Shown here piece by piece: positions 20,532 through 33,564 of a DNA stretch of 64,000 bases (the stretch's first letter is position 1; each line of letters opens with the position of its first letter). The stretch is from an uncultured Methanosarcinales archaeon (GTDB lineage Archaea > Halobacteriota > Methanosarcinia > Methanotrichales > Methanotrichaceae): the NCBI GenBank assembly GCA_963843555.1, contig CAWJKV010000003.1, positions 160,001 through 224,000 on the forward strand, read 5' to 3'. A program made the translations under genes and the position numbers. The notes beneath the pieces are model-generated. The model searched no databases, was not told where the DNA came from, and saw only the letters and a program-made list of their open reading frames with translations.

Positions 20532-21562
20532 AGTATCTCTCCTTTAACAATTTGAACTAAACACATAAGCAACTTCTAAATATAAAAATATTTTGGCTTT
20601 AAATATTACCTTGTTTATATACCAGTTTTTAAAATTAATAAGAGCCATAACTAAGCGTATCGTGATGTTTTACGTTAAGTGCTTTAATGTCTGTTATATA
20701 AAAATTATGATGATTCTATTGTAATCAGGAAAACCTCAAAGTTAAATTTTGTAGCATAAAAGTTATACGTACTAATTTTGTACAACCTTCAAGATCGGTA
20801 TAAGTGCCCAGCACAATTTTATAAATATGCTCTCTGCCTCGAAAGGTCCCAGGGTTGCGCGCCGGATTCTGCAGCATTTTTTGGGCTCACTGCCATCGAA
20901 AAACCGATGTCGGGCATTGTCGATAAAATCATTCCATAGTGTACTGGAATGGGCAGTTGGGCAGAAGCGATTTCGGGCCAAATTAAGACTGGGATGAAAA
21001 AGAGGACGGGACCCAGCAAGTTGCACGCACTCGCCTTTAACTTAGGGGTGGAGAGAGACGTTGTGGCCCGTAATCCCTATAGGGCGCGGCAGACGAGCCG
21101 CTAAATCTGTGCAGGGCATTCTTCATCACATAGCGCGGACTTTGACCCTGGAACCTGGCTTCTTCGCGGGCAGCCCACACGGCGACTCCGTGCGCGACAT
21201 ATTCGTTCCGTTCCAAAGACCGGCAGCGTGCAGCGTTCGGAAAGAAGTGGCTCCGGGGAGCAATAGGGTGGCGGCTCTTTGAGATAATCCTGAGCGGAGG
21301 ATAATGGAGTACGTGGCCAATCACCGAAGCAGACCACGGGAGAGGCGGCCATCTTTCCCAACGCCCATGCGCTGGATCCATCTAAAGAAGATGCAGGCGC
21401 TGGCCGACCGGATGTTCTGCATCTACGGTGAGCAACCAGAGGTCGCGAAAGGTCAGGGGGCGAGGATGCAGAGAAAATGCTGAAGGCATACACGTGAAAT
21501 GATCTTGGTGATATCCCAGGATCTGGCAGAGGTCTTCCAAATCCGACTGGCCCCGGAAATCC

Positions 21563-21832
21563 TTATTCATCCAGAACATATTTTATAAGTTTGTCTATGT
21601 CGGCTTTCCTTTGGGGATTCAAGGACACGTGTAGTCCATAACTCGTCTGTTTAGGAATCAGCAGACCTTCTGAGATAAGCTCATCTGCCGCATCTTTCGC
21701 TTTGCCGCGGAGATGTTTCGGAATGCTCTTGGGAAGATCGTCAAAAGCGGTGTGGCTTCCGCCCCAATTATCGCGTCTACGCAGCTTTTTCAATATCTGT
21801 GCTTTCAGAATCAGTTTTTGATCTGCGGTCAT
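21563..21832 (-). CDS. Small basic hypothetical protein
   Basis: 89 aa, WGGSHT motif, SD-like GGTGGG upstream. Confidence 0.75.
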   Translation of the reverse strand: MTADQKLILKAQILKKLRRRDNWGGSHTAFDDLPKSIPKHLRGKAKDAADELISEGLLIPKQTSYGLHVSLNPQRKADIDKLIKYVLDE

Positions 21833-22096
21833 CTATTTCCAACCCACCTTTATAATCACAATTTTATTTATTATATTCAAGTATGTTTTTAAAAACAATA
21901 ACGGCAAAGTATATAAACATTTCACGGACTAAGTAGTATCAAGTGCATTTATGGTACTAATGGTATTATGATATCTGTGGCAGCACGACTTGCACGGTAT
22001 CATTGAATAAAGTCATGTGGCACTTTACTCAATGTATCTACCTTAATTCTGCAAGTCGCATCAAGGCAATAATAGATATGAGATGGAGGAAAAACA

Positions 22097-22534
22097 ATGG
22101 ATGAATCCCTCTTCATAAGAGAGCTTGGTATAAAGAGCCCAATGCTGAAAGTATTGGACTTCTTGATGGATAACGAGTCGTTTGACTATTCTAAAACAGA
22201 CATAGCGGAAGGCACGGGGCTGAGCAGAGCCACTCTATTCAAGGCATGGCCTAAACTTGAAGCTTTGGATCTAATTACTGCCACCAGGTCAGTAGGCCAG
22301 GCCAAGATGTACAGGTTAAATAAGCAGAACCCTATCGTAAAGAAGCTCATGGAGCTGGATGACGCGATCTCTGAATATTTCGCTCTGAAGCACTGCAATC
22401 CGGAAACTAGCACCATGGATAACTTTTCGAAACCTATCAGGCCAGGCCAAGATTTGATAAAAGCGATAATCAAGAACGAGACTGATTCGGCCAACAGTAA
22501 GAGAGACCGACACGAAAAGCCGCTATTGGCCTGA
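22097..22534 (+). CDS. Winged-HTH DNA-binding protein
   Basis: DYSKTDIAEGTGLSRATL...MYRLN; SD GGAGG. Confidence 0.85.
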   Translation: MDESLFIRELGIKSPMLKVLDFLMDNESFDYSKTDIAEGTGLSRATLFKAWPKLEALDLITATRSVGQAKMYRLNKQNPIVKKLMELDDAISEYFALKHCNPETSTMDNFSKPIRPGQDLIKAIIKNETDSANSKRDRHEKPLLA

Positions 22535-22596
22535 TGGACGCCACTATTTTGTTTCAAAATTTGCACAGGTTCAGCTTTGCCAAACTCCGGGCATGC

Positions 22597-23073
22597 TCAC
22601 TGCAGATAGTTCTCAATGCTCGTCAACTTCTCTACATCGCTCTTGCTTATGCTGGAATCCAGTACGACCTTCTCCTGGACCTCTATGGGAGCTTTCGCCC
22701 GCAGAGCCAGAGCGAGGCAGTCGCTGGGCCGGGCGTCTATTTCATTTTGCGTGGTGTCGCTCTTGATGGTGAGTCGAGCATAGTAGATGCCACCATCCAG
22801 GTCGTCAATAAGCACATTGGTGATGCTGGCAGACAGGCACTCCAAAACAGAGATGAAGAGGTCATGGGTCATGGGCCGGGGCGATAACTCCCCCAATAGA
22901 GCATGATGAATGGAGATGGCCTCGGAGAGCCCCACAAATATGGGCACAATCCTTGCCTTTTCATCCTCCAGAAGGACCACGGGCGCGGGCGAGCTTCTTT
23001 CCGACTCGGCGATGTAAACCCCTTTAACCCTGACTGGTACCGGTGCCTCCATGACACTATCTTGCTCTATCAT
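22597..23073 (-). CDS. Bifunctional nuclease family (DUF151)
   Basis: PIFVGLSEA, RPMTHDL and DARPSD motifs. Confidence 0.93.
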   Translation of the reverse strand: MIEQDSVMEAPVPVRVKGVYIAESERSSPAPVVLLEDEKARIVPIFVGLSEAISIHHALLGELSPRPMTHDLFISVLECLSASITNVLIDDLDGGIYYARLTIKSDTTQNEIDARPSDCLALALRAKAPIEVQEKVVLDSSISKSDVEKLTSIENYLQ

Positions 23074-23103
23074 CTTATAAAACTCCGGCGATCTAAATTC
23101 TTC

Positions 23104-26100
23104 CTATGCTGCCCGCTCTATGCCAATTCGCACACAGACCCCTTCAATATCCCAGTCCTTGACCAGCGATCCTGTCAGTTCCAGTCCCAGTCCCATCTTC
23201 AAGTCAGCCGCCCGAACCTCGCCTGCAATATGCTCCTTCTTTTGCATGGCCAGATCGAGTATGGGCTTGCTCTCAATATCAACCAGAGCCCGGATCTGAT
23301 CCTGTACGCACAGATCCAGCTCTTTGCGCATATCCTGGATGCGACGGATGATCTCGCGGGCGTATCCTTCCGCCTCAAGCTCGGGCGTGAGGGCGATGTC
23401 CACGTAGACGAAGCCCCGGGAAAACTCAGCGGCCGGAAGGTCCTTGGGCGCCAATTCCTTGAACTGCACCATCTCTGCCGTTATCTTATACTCCATTCCC
23501 ATGTGCATCAGGAGCGCTTCACCGCTGTTGTCCAGCTGGCTCTTGACCTCAGCCGGCGCGGCAGCAGCCTATGGCTTCAACCACCAGTTTAGCTTCGCCC
23601 TTAAAGACCGGCCCTATCTTCTTGTGAACAGGAGTCATCTCCAGGTCCATCTTGGGCTTCTCTCCGGGTGGGAGCACAGTTATTTTTTTGGAGTTGGTCT
23701 GGCCCCGGAGCACATTCTCCAGGTTGTCGAGGTCCAGAGCTTCTTTGGAGGGCGCGATTACGATCTCCGAGACCGGCCAGCGCAGTTTTCTGCCGCCTTT
23801 CTGCCGGGCATTGGATGCTGCCATGGACACCTCCCTCACCAGAGCCATGCTGGCCTCCAGGCGCTTATCGATCAGCTGCTCATTGCCTCGCGGCCACTCG
23901 CACATATGAACCGACTGGGGAGCCGACTCATCCAGCCCTCTCACCAAATTCTGATAGATGGATTCGGATATGAAGGGCGTGAACGGCGCCATGATTCTAC
24001 ATAGTTTCACCAGAACCTCATAAATCGTGGCGTAGGCGGCCAGCTTGTCAGGATCGTCCTGCTCAATCCAGGTGCGCGGACGGACCAGCTGGATGTACCA
24101 GCGGGAAAGGTCCTCTAAGATGAAGTCGGAGATGGATCGGACAATGCGGTGCAACTGATACTGTTCCATCTCTGCCGTGACCTCCTCGGCCAGGCTGTTC
24201 ACCCTGGATATGATCCAGCGGTCCTCCGGCCGCAGATTGTTCTGGTAGCGGGATAGATCCGCCTTCTTGGCATCGAAATTGTCCAGTACCATGTAGGGCA
24301 GAGCAAAGCGGTAAGCATTCCAGAATATGTTGAGCATCCTGCCCGTGTTTTCCACTGCATCCCAGGAGAAGTGCAGATCCTCCCAGGGGGCGTTGGCTCC
24401 CAGAACATAGAAACGCAGTATGTCGGCCCCGAACTTCGTCACCACCTCTTCCGGCTGGACGATATTGCCTATGCTCTTGGACATCTTCCGGCCCTGGTCA
24501 TCCAGGGTGAAGCCATGCATGAGAACGCTCTTGTAGGGCGCTCTTCCAAATGAGACCATTGAGGCACCCAGCTGGGAATAGAACCAGCCGCGCGTCTGGT
24601 CGTGGCCCTCGGTGATGAAGTCTGCCGGCCACCAATCGCAGAACTCCTCTTCGTGGCTGGGGTAGCGCAAGCGTGGCCCAGGAGGCCACAGCGCTGTCAA
24701 ACCAGACATCGAAGACATCCGGAGATCGTTTCATCTTGCCGCCGCAGGGGCAATCCAGCAGGACAGCATCAACATCCGGCCGGTGCAGATCATTGAGCTT
24801 CTGGCCGCTTCTCTCCTCCAGCTCTGCCGCCGTGCCTATCACTTCTATATGGCCGCAGACGGTGCAGGTCCAGATGGGCAAGGGAATTCCCCAGTACCTC
24901 TGCCTGGAGATGCACCAGTCGCGGGCATTGCGGATCCAGTCCGAGAACCGGGCTGATCCCGCCCACTCCGGATACCAGGTCACCTTGGAGACCTCGTCCA
25001 GCATCTTGTCTCGCAGATCGGAGATTCTGAGGAACCACTGGCTGGTGGCGATGAAGATGATGGGCGTCTTGCAGCGCCAGCAGTGCCCATAGCGGTGCGT
25101 GAGGCGGCCCGAAGCCAGCAATCTCTCCTGCTCCTCCAGATCCGCTATGACCTTCGTGTCTGCTTCCTTGACATAGAGGCCCTGGTACTTCGCTCCTGCT
25201 TCCGCCGTGTACCTGCCATCCTCCCCCACAGGGCAGAAGATTTCCAGATGGTGGTCCATACCAAGCTGATAGTCCTCCAGGCCGTGGCCGGGTGCGATGT
25301 GCACACAGCCGGTGTTCTCTGCGGTAACAAAATCCGCAGCATAAACGCCATGAGAGATCTCCTTCTGTCTGGGCACCAGGGTTCCAAGCGGGTGCGTGTA
25401 TTTCAGCTCCTGCATCTCCTGGGCGGAAAAGGTCCGCAGCAATTCATAATCCTGGTAACGGCCCGTCTTCAGAACGGAGTCCACCAGTTCCGAGGCCATG
25501 ATGAGAATCTCGAATTTACCATCCTTCCGGGCCCTCACTTTGGAGTACTGGAAGGTGGGGTTCACAGCCACGGCCACGTTGGCTGGGAATGGTCCAGGGA
25601 GTGGTGGTCCAGATCACAATGCTGGTATTCTCTTCGCCTATTACCGGGAACTTGACATAAATGGAGTAGTCGGTCTCATCCCAGTATTCCACTTCGGAGT
25701 CCGCTATGGCCGTCTGGCAGCGAGGGCACCAGTTCACTACTCGCACTCCTCTCTCCAGGAGGTTATTCTCGTGCGCTTTTTTCAGTGTCCACCAGGCAGC
25801 CTCCAGGTACTCATTCTTCAGGGTCATGTAGGGGTCTTCCCAGTCTAGCCAGGCCCCCAGGATCTTGAACTGAACTGTCATGTCGTCTTTTTGGCGCAGC
25901 GCGAACTCCTTGCACCTCTGTATGAACTTATCGACTCCGTAGGCCTCGATGTCTTTCTTGTTGCGAAAACCGAAGGACTCCTCTACCTTGACCTCGATGG
26001 GCAGGCCGTGCATATCCCAGCCTGCCCTGTCCTTGACCTCAAAACAGTTCATGGACTTGTAGCGGAGTACAGCATCCTTGATCACCTTGTTCCAGGCGGT

Positions 26101-26304
26101 GCCGAGGTGAATGCGACCAGTGGTGTAAGGCGGTCCGTCTACGAAGAAGAACTTCTTGCCGCCCTTTCTCAATTCTCGAACCTTGCGGTAGGTTTCCCTC
26201 TTCTCCCACAACAATCTGACTTCATTCTCTAGATCTTGCGCATTATACTGTCCAGCCACCTCGGTGATCACAGGCAAATCCTCCGAAAAACGATTTGCAT
26301 CCAT
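23104..26304 (-). CDS. ileS: Isoleucyl-tRNA synthetase (three frameshifts)
   Basis: DGPPY...[25 protein letters not shown] and KMSKS across four consecutive ORFs. Confidence 0.96.
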
Positions 26305-26399
26305 GTCACACCTCTATATTTAGCTTTGTGACCTTGCGGTGAGCCGCACTCTCTGGAGGAATATTGATATACAGACAGCTCGAACCCAATCATCGAGGG

Positions 26400-27359
26400 T
26401 TGCCTATCAAAGAGGAGATCTGGATCGAGAAGTACCGGCCTGAGAGATTGGACGACATCGTAGGCCAGGACGAGATAGTCCGCCGTCTCAAGTCTTATGT
26501 GAAAACCAGAAACCTGCCACATCTTCTGTTCTCGGGACCACCGGGGGTGGGCAAGACCGCGGCCTCCATCTCCATCGTCAAAGAGATATTCGGCGAATCC
26601 TGGAGGAACAATTTCATAGAACTGAATGCCAGTGACGAGCGGGGCATAGATATCATCCGCCACAAGGTGAAGGACTTCGCCCGCATGGCGCCTTTAGGAG
26701 AAGCGGACTTTAAAGTTATATTTTTGGATGAAGCCGATGCCCTGACCAACGACGCCCAGAGCGCGCTGCGGCGCACTATGGAACGCTATTCAGCCACAAC
26801 CCGTTTCATACTCAGCTGCAACTACTCCAGCAAGATCATCGAGCCCATTCAGTCTCGCTGCGCTGTTTATCGCTTCAAGCCGCTCTCGGCCCAGGCCGTG
26901 ACCAAACGGATCAAATTCATCGCCCAGGAGGAGAATCTGCAAATATCGGAAGGTGGTCTTTCCGCCATAGAATATGTCGCAGGCGGCGATATGCGCAAAG
27001 CCATCAATGCCTTGCAAGCGGCAGCCCTTTTGGGTGATACAGTGGACGAAGAGACGATCTACCAGATCACCTCCACTGCCAAGCCGGAGGAGATCCGCAA
27101 TTTCATAAAGACGGCTCTGTCCGGGGATTTTGTGGGGGCGCGGGCGGCACTGGATGATCTGTTGCTCTCCAAAGGGTTGTCGGGCCAGGATGTGGTGGTC
27201 CAGATTCACAGAGCCATGCTGGACCTGGATATACCGGATAAGGACAAGGTAAGGCTCATCGACCGCATCGGTGAGATCGATTTTCGCATGACGGAAGGCG
27301 CGAACGAGAGGATTCAGCTCGAAGCCCTGCTGGCCTACTTTGCTCTGATGGCGTCATAG
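26400..27359 (+). CDS. rfcS: Replication factor C small subunit
   Basis: [28 protein letters not shown] and SRC motifs; no ATG near the SD (TTG 26400 or ATC 26406). Confidence 0.97.
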   Translation: MPIKEEIWIEKYRPERLDDIVGQDEIVRRLKSYVKTRNLPHLLFSGPPGVGKTAASISIVKEIFGESWRNNFIELNASDERGIDIIRHKVKDFARMAPLGEADFKVIFLDEADALTNDAQSALRRTMERYSATTRFILSCNYSSKIIEPIQSRCAVYRFKPLSAQAVTKRIKFIAQEENLQISEGGLSAIEYVAGGDMRKAINALQAAALLGDTVDEETIYQITSTAKPEEIRNFIKTALSGDFVGARAALDDLLLSKGLSGQDVVVQIHRAMLDLDIPDKDKVRLIDRIGEIDFRMTEGANERIQLEALLAYFALMAS

Positions 27360-27501
27360 CCGCCGGAGCGAGATAATATTTTCATTTGTGTATATTTATC
27401 TTTGAATATGTACCACGCAGCCTGCAGCGGGGTGCGCCGCAGCCTTTTGCCCCATAATATTGCAATCCCACTCAGCTTCTTTTGGATCCGTTATTCATTT
27501 A

Positions 27502-30500
27502 TCATTCGGGCTCTTTGTCCGGATCCAGTGGATAGCTGCGCTGCAGAGCGGCGTACAGCTCTTCTATTCGCACCGGTTTTGAGACATAATCGTTCATGCC
27601 CGCCCCGAGGCATTCCTCTCGGTCGCCTTTCATAGCGTGTGCAGTCATGGCTATGATGAGGGGCTGGCGGCCCGGTATGCGGCGTATGTTTCTGGTTGCT
27701 TCCAGGCCGTCCATCTCGGGCATCTGCACATCCATGAGCACCACATCATAGGGATAACTTCGCAGTGCCCTCAAGACCTCCAGACCATTGGCAGCAACAT
27801 CTGCCCTGTAGCCCAGGCGCTCCAGCATACGCATAGCGACCTTCTGGTTTACGGCATTATCCTCAGCGAGCAATATTCGCAGGTTTTTTTGCCTGTTCTG
27901 ATCCGACAAATCGAGCGGCAGTGCAGGCGCTTCTGCCAGCCTTCTTGCATAGGGCTCTGTGGAAACCTCTGCCTTAATTGTGAAATAGAAGGAGGAGCCC
28001 TTTCCGGGATAGCTCTCCGCCCAGATTCTTCCTCCCATCAGCCCGGCGAGATGTTTGCATATGGCCAGACCCAGGCCAGTTCCTCCGTACTTACGGGTAG
28101 TCGAGGCATCCACCTGGCTGAAGGATTGAAATAGGCGGCTCATGCGATCTATGGTGATACCGATTCCCGAATCCTGGACCTTAAACTGTATCTCATATTC
28201 ATTATCTGAGATGCAAAAAGAGGATACGCTAACATGAATCGATCCGGTTTCTGTGAATTTGACGGCATTGCCCAGGAGGTTGACCAGGATCTGCCGGAGC
28301 CTTGTCAGGTCTCCCAGGAGCTGACGGGGTACAGACGGCTCGATGGTATAGCTGAGCAAGAGGCCTTTGCTGATTGCCGCCTCAGCTACCATATTCATGG
28401 ATGTTTCCAGACATTCCTGAAGATCAAAGCTCTCCCTTTCCAGATCCAGCATTCCTCCCTCGATCTTGGAGAAATCCAGGATATCGCTGATAACGGCCAA
28501 GAGCGAGTCTCCGCTGCTGCGAATGGTCTCAATGTAATCCCGCTGATCCGGATCGATATTCGTATTGAGAAGGAGGCCCGTGAAACCTATGACTGCATTC
28601 ATGGGCGTGCGGATCTCATGGCTCATATTGGCCAGGAATGCTGACTTCGCTTTCGTTGCCGACTCGGCCCGCTCTTTGGCCCGCTTCAGATCTTGCTCTA
28701 CCTTTTTCCTCTCCGTGAGGTCGATACTGACGCCCACAAATCCTATTCGTCTACCTTCCTCGTCCGACAGCGTGCTGAAGGCATAAAAGGCCGGAAATAA
28801 AGTGCCATCCTTTCTTCGCACCATGTGTTCGCTTTCCCGATAGCCGTAGCGCATAATGTCATCCATCACCTCTTTCATGAGGGCACTCCTATCAGGAGGC
28901 ACAATGGTCTTCGCAATGCTTTGGCCCAGCACCTCATTTGCCTTCCATTGGTAAAGCACCTCTGAGAATCGATTCCAGTAGATGATCCTGCCCTCAAGAT
29001 CAGTAGCAATCACAGCATTACGAACTTGATCGAGCAAAGACGCCTGGAAAGTTACCTGCTCTTCGGCAGCCTTCCTTTCGGTGATGTCCTGACCCTGGGC
29101 GATGGTAGCAATGACTTTTCGGCCACCTTCATCATAAATGGTCGCCGAGTTCCAGAGCACCGTTCGAACCATGCCGTCTTTATTCCGGATGGGGATTTCG
29201 ACTGCATTCCAGCTCTCGCCGGAGAGAGTCCTCTGGATGTAGGCAAGAGATTCGGCTCTGGTCTCATCGGGAAAGAGGATGTCGAGCGATCTTCCCAGGA
29301 CATCCCCGGCCAGGTGGCCGGTCAGCCTCTCGAAGGCATGATTGAATCTTGTGATGCGAAAGTCAGGGTCCCAGACAATTATGGGTGCATTGGCATGGCC
29401 AAAGAGGTTCTCCAGATAATCACGGGTCTCCCGTAGATCAGCCACCGCCTTTTTGAGCTCTTCTGAAGAGCGTTTGTTCTCAGTCACATCGTTGCCGATG
29501 CAGAGGACTTCGACGACTTCTCCCCGGTCATTTTGCACCAGCCTGTGAGTCCAGGCGATCCATACCCTCTCTCCATTGGATCGCATATTCTCCATGACAT
29601 GAGTGGAATAGCTTTCCGGATGCTGCATGATATTTTCGACTATGGCCTGAAGATTGCAGCCCGTGCCCCTGTCGGGAACGATGGTATCCGCCACGTTGCG
29701 GCCCAGGATCTCTTTTTCCAGATAGCCGAAGAACACCAGGCCGAAATGATTAATGAACTTGATGCAGCCACAGGTATCCACTCTCATGATGACGCTGCTC
29801 GATGTTTCCACCAGCTCTCTGTACTTCTCTTCGCTCTCCCGCAAGGCTGCCTCAGCCTCAAAGCGGCCAATGAGATCCTCCAATGGCGCTGGCCAGGGTC
29901 ATCAGGATGGAGGCCTCTCCCCAGGTCCAGATTCTCTCGCTCTTTCGGTCGTCAAAGCCTATGAAACCCCAGAATCGATCTGCTGTGAAGATGGGGACGA
30001 TCAAGAACGACCGCACACCCAGCTTTTCGAACAGCGATCTTGCCGGCATGGGCTGGTCGCGGGTGTTACCCCGCATGGGCATGCCGCCCGAAAGTGTCTC
30101 AAACCAGCCCGGAAGAGAGCTGTATGGTATTGAACCAAGGTCTGTTGGGCACATTGGGGGCGGAACAGTATCGCGAGTCCATTGATAGCGCAGACAAATC
30201 TGATGTTCGCTACCCTCGTCCAAATGGTGCTCATAAATGTAGGCCCGGTCCACGTTCGCCGAACAACCCAGGATCTCAAGAGACTGGTTCAGTGCAAGAC
30301 CCATCTCCCCGGAGATCAAGAGCTGGTTGGTGGCCAGGGTTGCGCCCGCCATGATCCTGTCACATTCACGCAGGTCATTTTTCGCATTTGGACTCTTCAA
30401 TGTAATCAGAAAATGGCCGGCGAGATCATTCTCTTGTAAGGAAGTGATGGAGTACTCCAGATCATTGCCTGCCAACCCAATATTCCCCCGATAGGTTTTG

Positions 30501-30694
30501 CTCTTTTCTCCCCGGGCGGATTCAAGAATCGTGGTGGCAAGGCTGCCCAGGACCTGTATACAGTCTTTTCCTCTGGCTTCGCTCCCCGAGCATCCTGTCA
30601 GTCTCTCTGCGGCAGGATTCGCGTAGAGAACATCGCCCGTTTGGTCACAGAGGCAGATGGCCTCATCCAGGGCTTCCAGGGCAGATCGGAACAT
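27502..30694 (-). CDS. Hybrid sensor histidine kinase (PAS-GAF-PAS x3-HisKA-HATPase-REC; frameshift near 29880)
   Basis: [30 protein letters not shown]; upstream ORF has GAF segment WGFIGFDD. Confidence 0.93.
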
Positions 30695-30713
30695 TTGCTC
30701 AAGATCCGTAAGA

Positions 30714-31386
30714 TCACCTCACCAGAACCGCCCGGACTGGGGAGGCTTCTGCATCCTTTATTCGCAGGGGAAGGCAGATGAGCGTGTACCTGCCGCAGAG
30801 GGACATCCTTGAGATCGATGCCCTCCAGGATCAAAATATCGTTTTCCAGAAGAGTTCGATGCACAGGCAAAGAAGCGTCTTCATAGCTATCTACCGAAAG
30901 GTAGTCGATGCCCACCAGGCCGACGCCCGAGGAGACGCAAAGCCGGGCCGCGTCTGGTGTGAGACTGATATACTCTTCCGAGAAGACAGGATTATGCATT
31001 AGCCGCTGCATTGAATTGCGGGTCTTGAAGAGCAGAGCATCCCCTTTATTGATCGATTGATATGGGATTACAGAAGACGGGATTGGTTCCTCCCCTGCGA
31101 CAGAGATAACCTGTGCCGGGATGATGAATCGCTTAAGGGAATACAAATCCTGTGTCCGGCCATCCTTGAAGAGGTGAATTGGGAAATCCAGGTGGCTTGC
31201 GATGTGCGAGCCTAAGGTCAGGGTAGACAGATTATAGTCTGCTCCCTCCTCTAACCTTGACACCCATTGCCGGGAGTAGGAGCTGTCGCCGGGGTAGGCG
31301 GGCGCTGTCTCCAGGGGGACGCTTATGTCGTGCACTTCTTTAATATCCCAAGCTTCTGGGGTGGTTGATTCAGATTCGTGCGACAT
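30714..31386 (-). CDS. Cyclase/kynurenine formamidase family (frameshift near 30795)
   Basis: SHIASHLDFPIH, VGIDYLSVD and ILEG motifs. Confidence 0.9.
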
Positions 31387-31708
31387 GGAATTTTTCGCAG
31401 ATAGATAATATTCAGCTCCAGGCGGCCGGCGGATCCCACGAAGCCCTCCCTGGACTCAGGAATTTCCTGCCGGATAGACGAGTCTGGGAAGCGCCGATCA
31501 TCTGGAATGCCAGTAGCAGCGCCATGATTGTGATAATCGTTGTCGTCTTCAAGTTCAGATCACCGATGTCATTATTCTCAGGCCATATGTTCGGATGTGG
31601 TATTTATTTCCTTCACTCCGATAGATGGATCCGGATCCTTCTTTCTCTTATCATCAGCGGCCTGAAGCCACAAAGCCTTATAATCTCTCAGGCGGATTTG
31701 CTGCCCTT

Positions 31709-32311
31709 ATGAAGAACCTGGGCACCATGGACCGGCTTTTAAGGGTGATTCTGGCTGAGGTATGCATCCTCATAGCCTTTTTTTGGGTGGCCGACGAATG
31801 GCAGATTCCCATCTACCTGATTGCTGCAGTGTTGCTGCTCCAGGCGGCCACAGCCACTTGCAGCATCAACACATTGCTTGGCTGGAACAGTTGCGAGACC
31901 GTCAAGCGGCGGAATAAGAATCTGATGACGGTCTTCGTGGTTGCGGCTCTGCTCCTGGCAGTAGCGGGCAGCTATGCCAGCGCTGTCATAACGCGGAGCA
32001 TCTTCCTGGGAGAGGCAGAATCATTGAATGCATCCTATTCCATGACTATGCAGTCCCTGGACGAGGGAAATCGAGAGAATGCCACTATGCAATACGGAAT
32101 GCTGGAGAGCAGTTTTGGGAATTTTTCAAAAAAGTACAGCAAGTACAGGCCGCTGACGATCAAGTATGACGGCAACTTCACGGGTGACATGAATAACATC
32201 TCGACAGCGATATCCGGCTCCGGAGAAGAGATCCGCCAGGGGGATCTCGTGCGCGCCCGGGAGAGACTGTCGCAGGCCGGTCCAAAGATGCAAAGGATGC
32301 TGGACCGATAA
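31709..32311 (+). CDS. DUF2892-domain membrane protein
   Basis: MKNLGTMDRLLR...C...LGWNSC. Confidence 0.8.
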   Translation: MKNLGTMDRLLRVILAEVCILIAFFWVADEWQIPIYLIAAVLLLQAATATCSINTLLGWNSCETVKRRNKNLMTVFVVAALLLAVAGSYASAVITRSIFLGEAESLNASYSMTMQSLDEGNRENATMQYGMLESSFGNFSKKYSKYRPLTIKYDGNFTGDMNNISTAISGSGEEIRQGDLVRARERLSQAGPKMQRMLDR

Positions 32312-32316
32312 TTGCT

Positions 32317-32601
32317 CTATTTTCTATCCACGACCTTGATGAGGTGATAGCCGAACTTGGACTTCACCGGCCCCAGGACTTTGCCTTTCTCGCCCTCAAA
32401 GGCGGCCTTCTCAAACTCCGGTACCATTTTGCCCTTGCCAAACCAGCCCAGGTCTCCACCGCTCTTGCTGGAAGGGCATTGGGAGTATTTGCGGGCCATC
32501 TCGGCAAAGTTCTCCTGACCGGTGGCCAGCTTCTCTTGGACCTCCAGCGCTTTCTTTTCCGTCTTGCATAAGATATGAACGGCATGAACTTCTTTTACCA
32601 T
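32317..32601 (-). CDS. Parvulin-type peptidyl-prolyl isomerase
   Basis: HILCK, SQCPS...GGDLGWF, MVPEFEKAAF and FGYHLI. Confidence 0.95.
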   Translation of the reverse strand: MVKEVHAVHILCKTEKKALEVQEKLATGQENFAEMARKYSQCPSSKSGGDLGWFGKGKMVPEFEKAAFEGEKGKVLGPVKSKFGYHLIKVVDRK

Positions 32602-32781
32602 GCCCGGGAATGAGGAAATGAAGAGATAAAAAGCTAGGGGTTAGCTACGGCGCTACAGGATAGAGGTGAGTTGGATCGGGGCAATTGCATCGATAACAAT
32701 GATGTTGGCCACAATTGCCGGCGTTTCGATCTTTCCGATTTTTCAATGTATTGGATACAAAGGTACAAGAGATACAGCTGG

Positions 32782-32988
32782 CTATTGCACGATCTCCTGC
32801 ACCCGGCCCACCTGGCCGTCCTGCATCATTACCTTTATGCCGTGCGGATGGAATGAAGAACTGGTGAGAATGGTCTTCACAATTCCGCGCGTCCTTTTGC
32901 CGGTGCGCTGGTCCTTCTTGAGAACAACATCCACCTCCAGGCCGGGGCGGATGTCTTTGCGATTCTGTCCATTTTTTGCGGGTGACAT
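32782..32988 (-). CDS. YwbE (DUF2196) family protein
   Basis: VLKKDQRTGKRTRG and HPHGIKV. Confidence 0.92.
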   Translation of the reverse strand: MSPAKNGQNRKDIRPGLEVDVVLKKDQRTGKRTRGIVKTILTSSSFHPHGIKVMMQDGQVGRVQEIVQ

Positions 32989-33135
32989 TTAACCTCTGAT
33001 TGGTTGTGCTTCCTTCTGCATTTAAAGCCTATACTCATTGATCCCCAAAGCGCCTTTAGAGGATTCCGGCCCTCAAGGGTAGGCCGATTGGCAAAGGCTT
33101 GATTCGCATTCGCGGTGCCTGGCGTCAAGAGCTGG

Positions 33136-33433
33136 ATAAATTGTTCCCCGCGGACGCGGGGTTAAGGGGGGCCGCACGGCCATAAGTCGGGCCCCGTCAC
33201 CACAGCGCGTAATACCCGCGCGGAAGCCCGGAAGAAGAGGCTGGATAAATGTTTGCACTCAACGGATATGCTGATGTCATTCAATTGCAGACTGGACTTC
33301 GCAGACGCAGGCAGGACAGCATAAGCGCATTCTTCCGGGGTTCCGCGAGTCGGCCTGCTGGCCTCCCGCGCTACTGTGGGGGCGCGGCTTATGGCCGCGG
33401 CCGGCCAAGCGACGACGGGCGGTTAAGATGAAG
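33136..33433. repeat. Structured GC-rich repeat, copy 1
   Basis: Direct repeat of 34053-34279 with several hairpins and a long stem 33220-33236/33330-33346. Confidence 0.85.
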
Positions 33434-33564
33434 ACTGATCGAATGCCGCATTGTTTCGATGGAGCCACGACTCTTCAGACATGCATAGGCGATCTTAAAG
33501 ACCGAAGCAAAGGCTATGATTGCTGGCATAGGTAATATATTGTCGAAAGAGAAATTAGTTGCCT

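Noticed and set aside
21190..21500. GTGCG as a possible group II intron 5' end
   Set aside because: No domain V/VI consensus and no reverse transcriptase found
16944..22534. Integrative element at tRNA-Ala
   Set aside because: The accessory DNA is on the tRNA 5' side; no duplicated tRNA 3' end and no integrase seen
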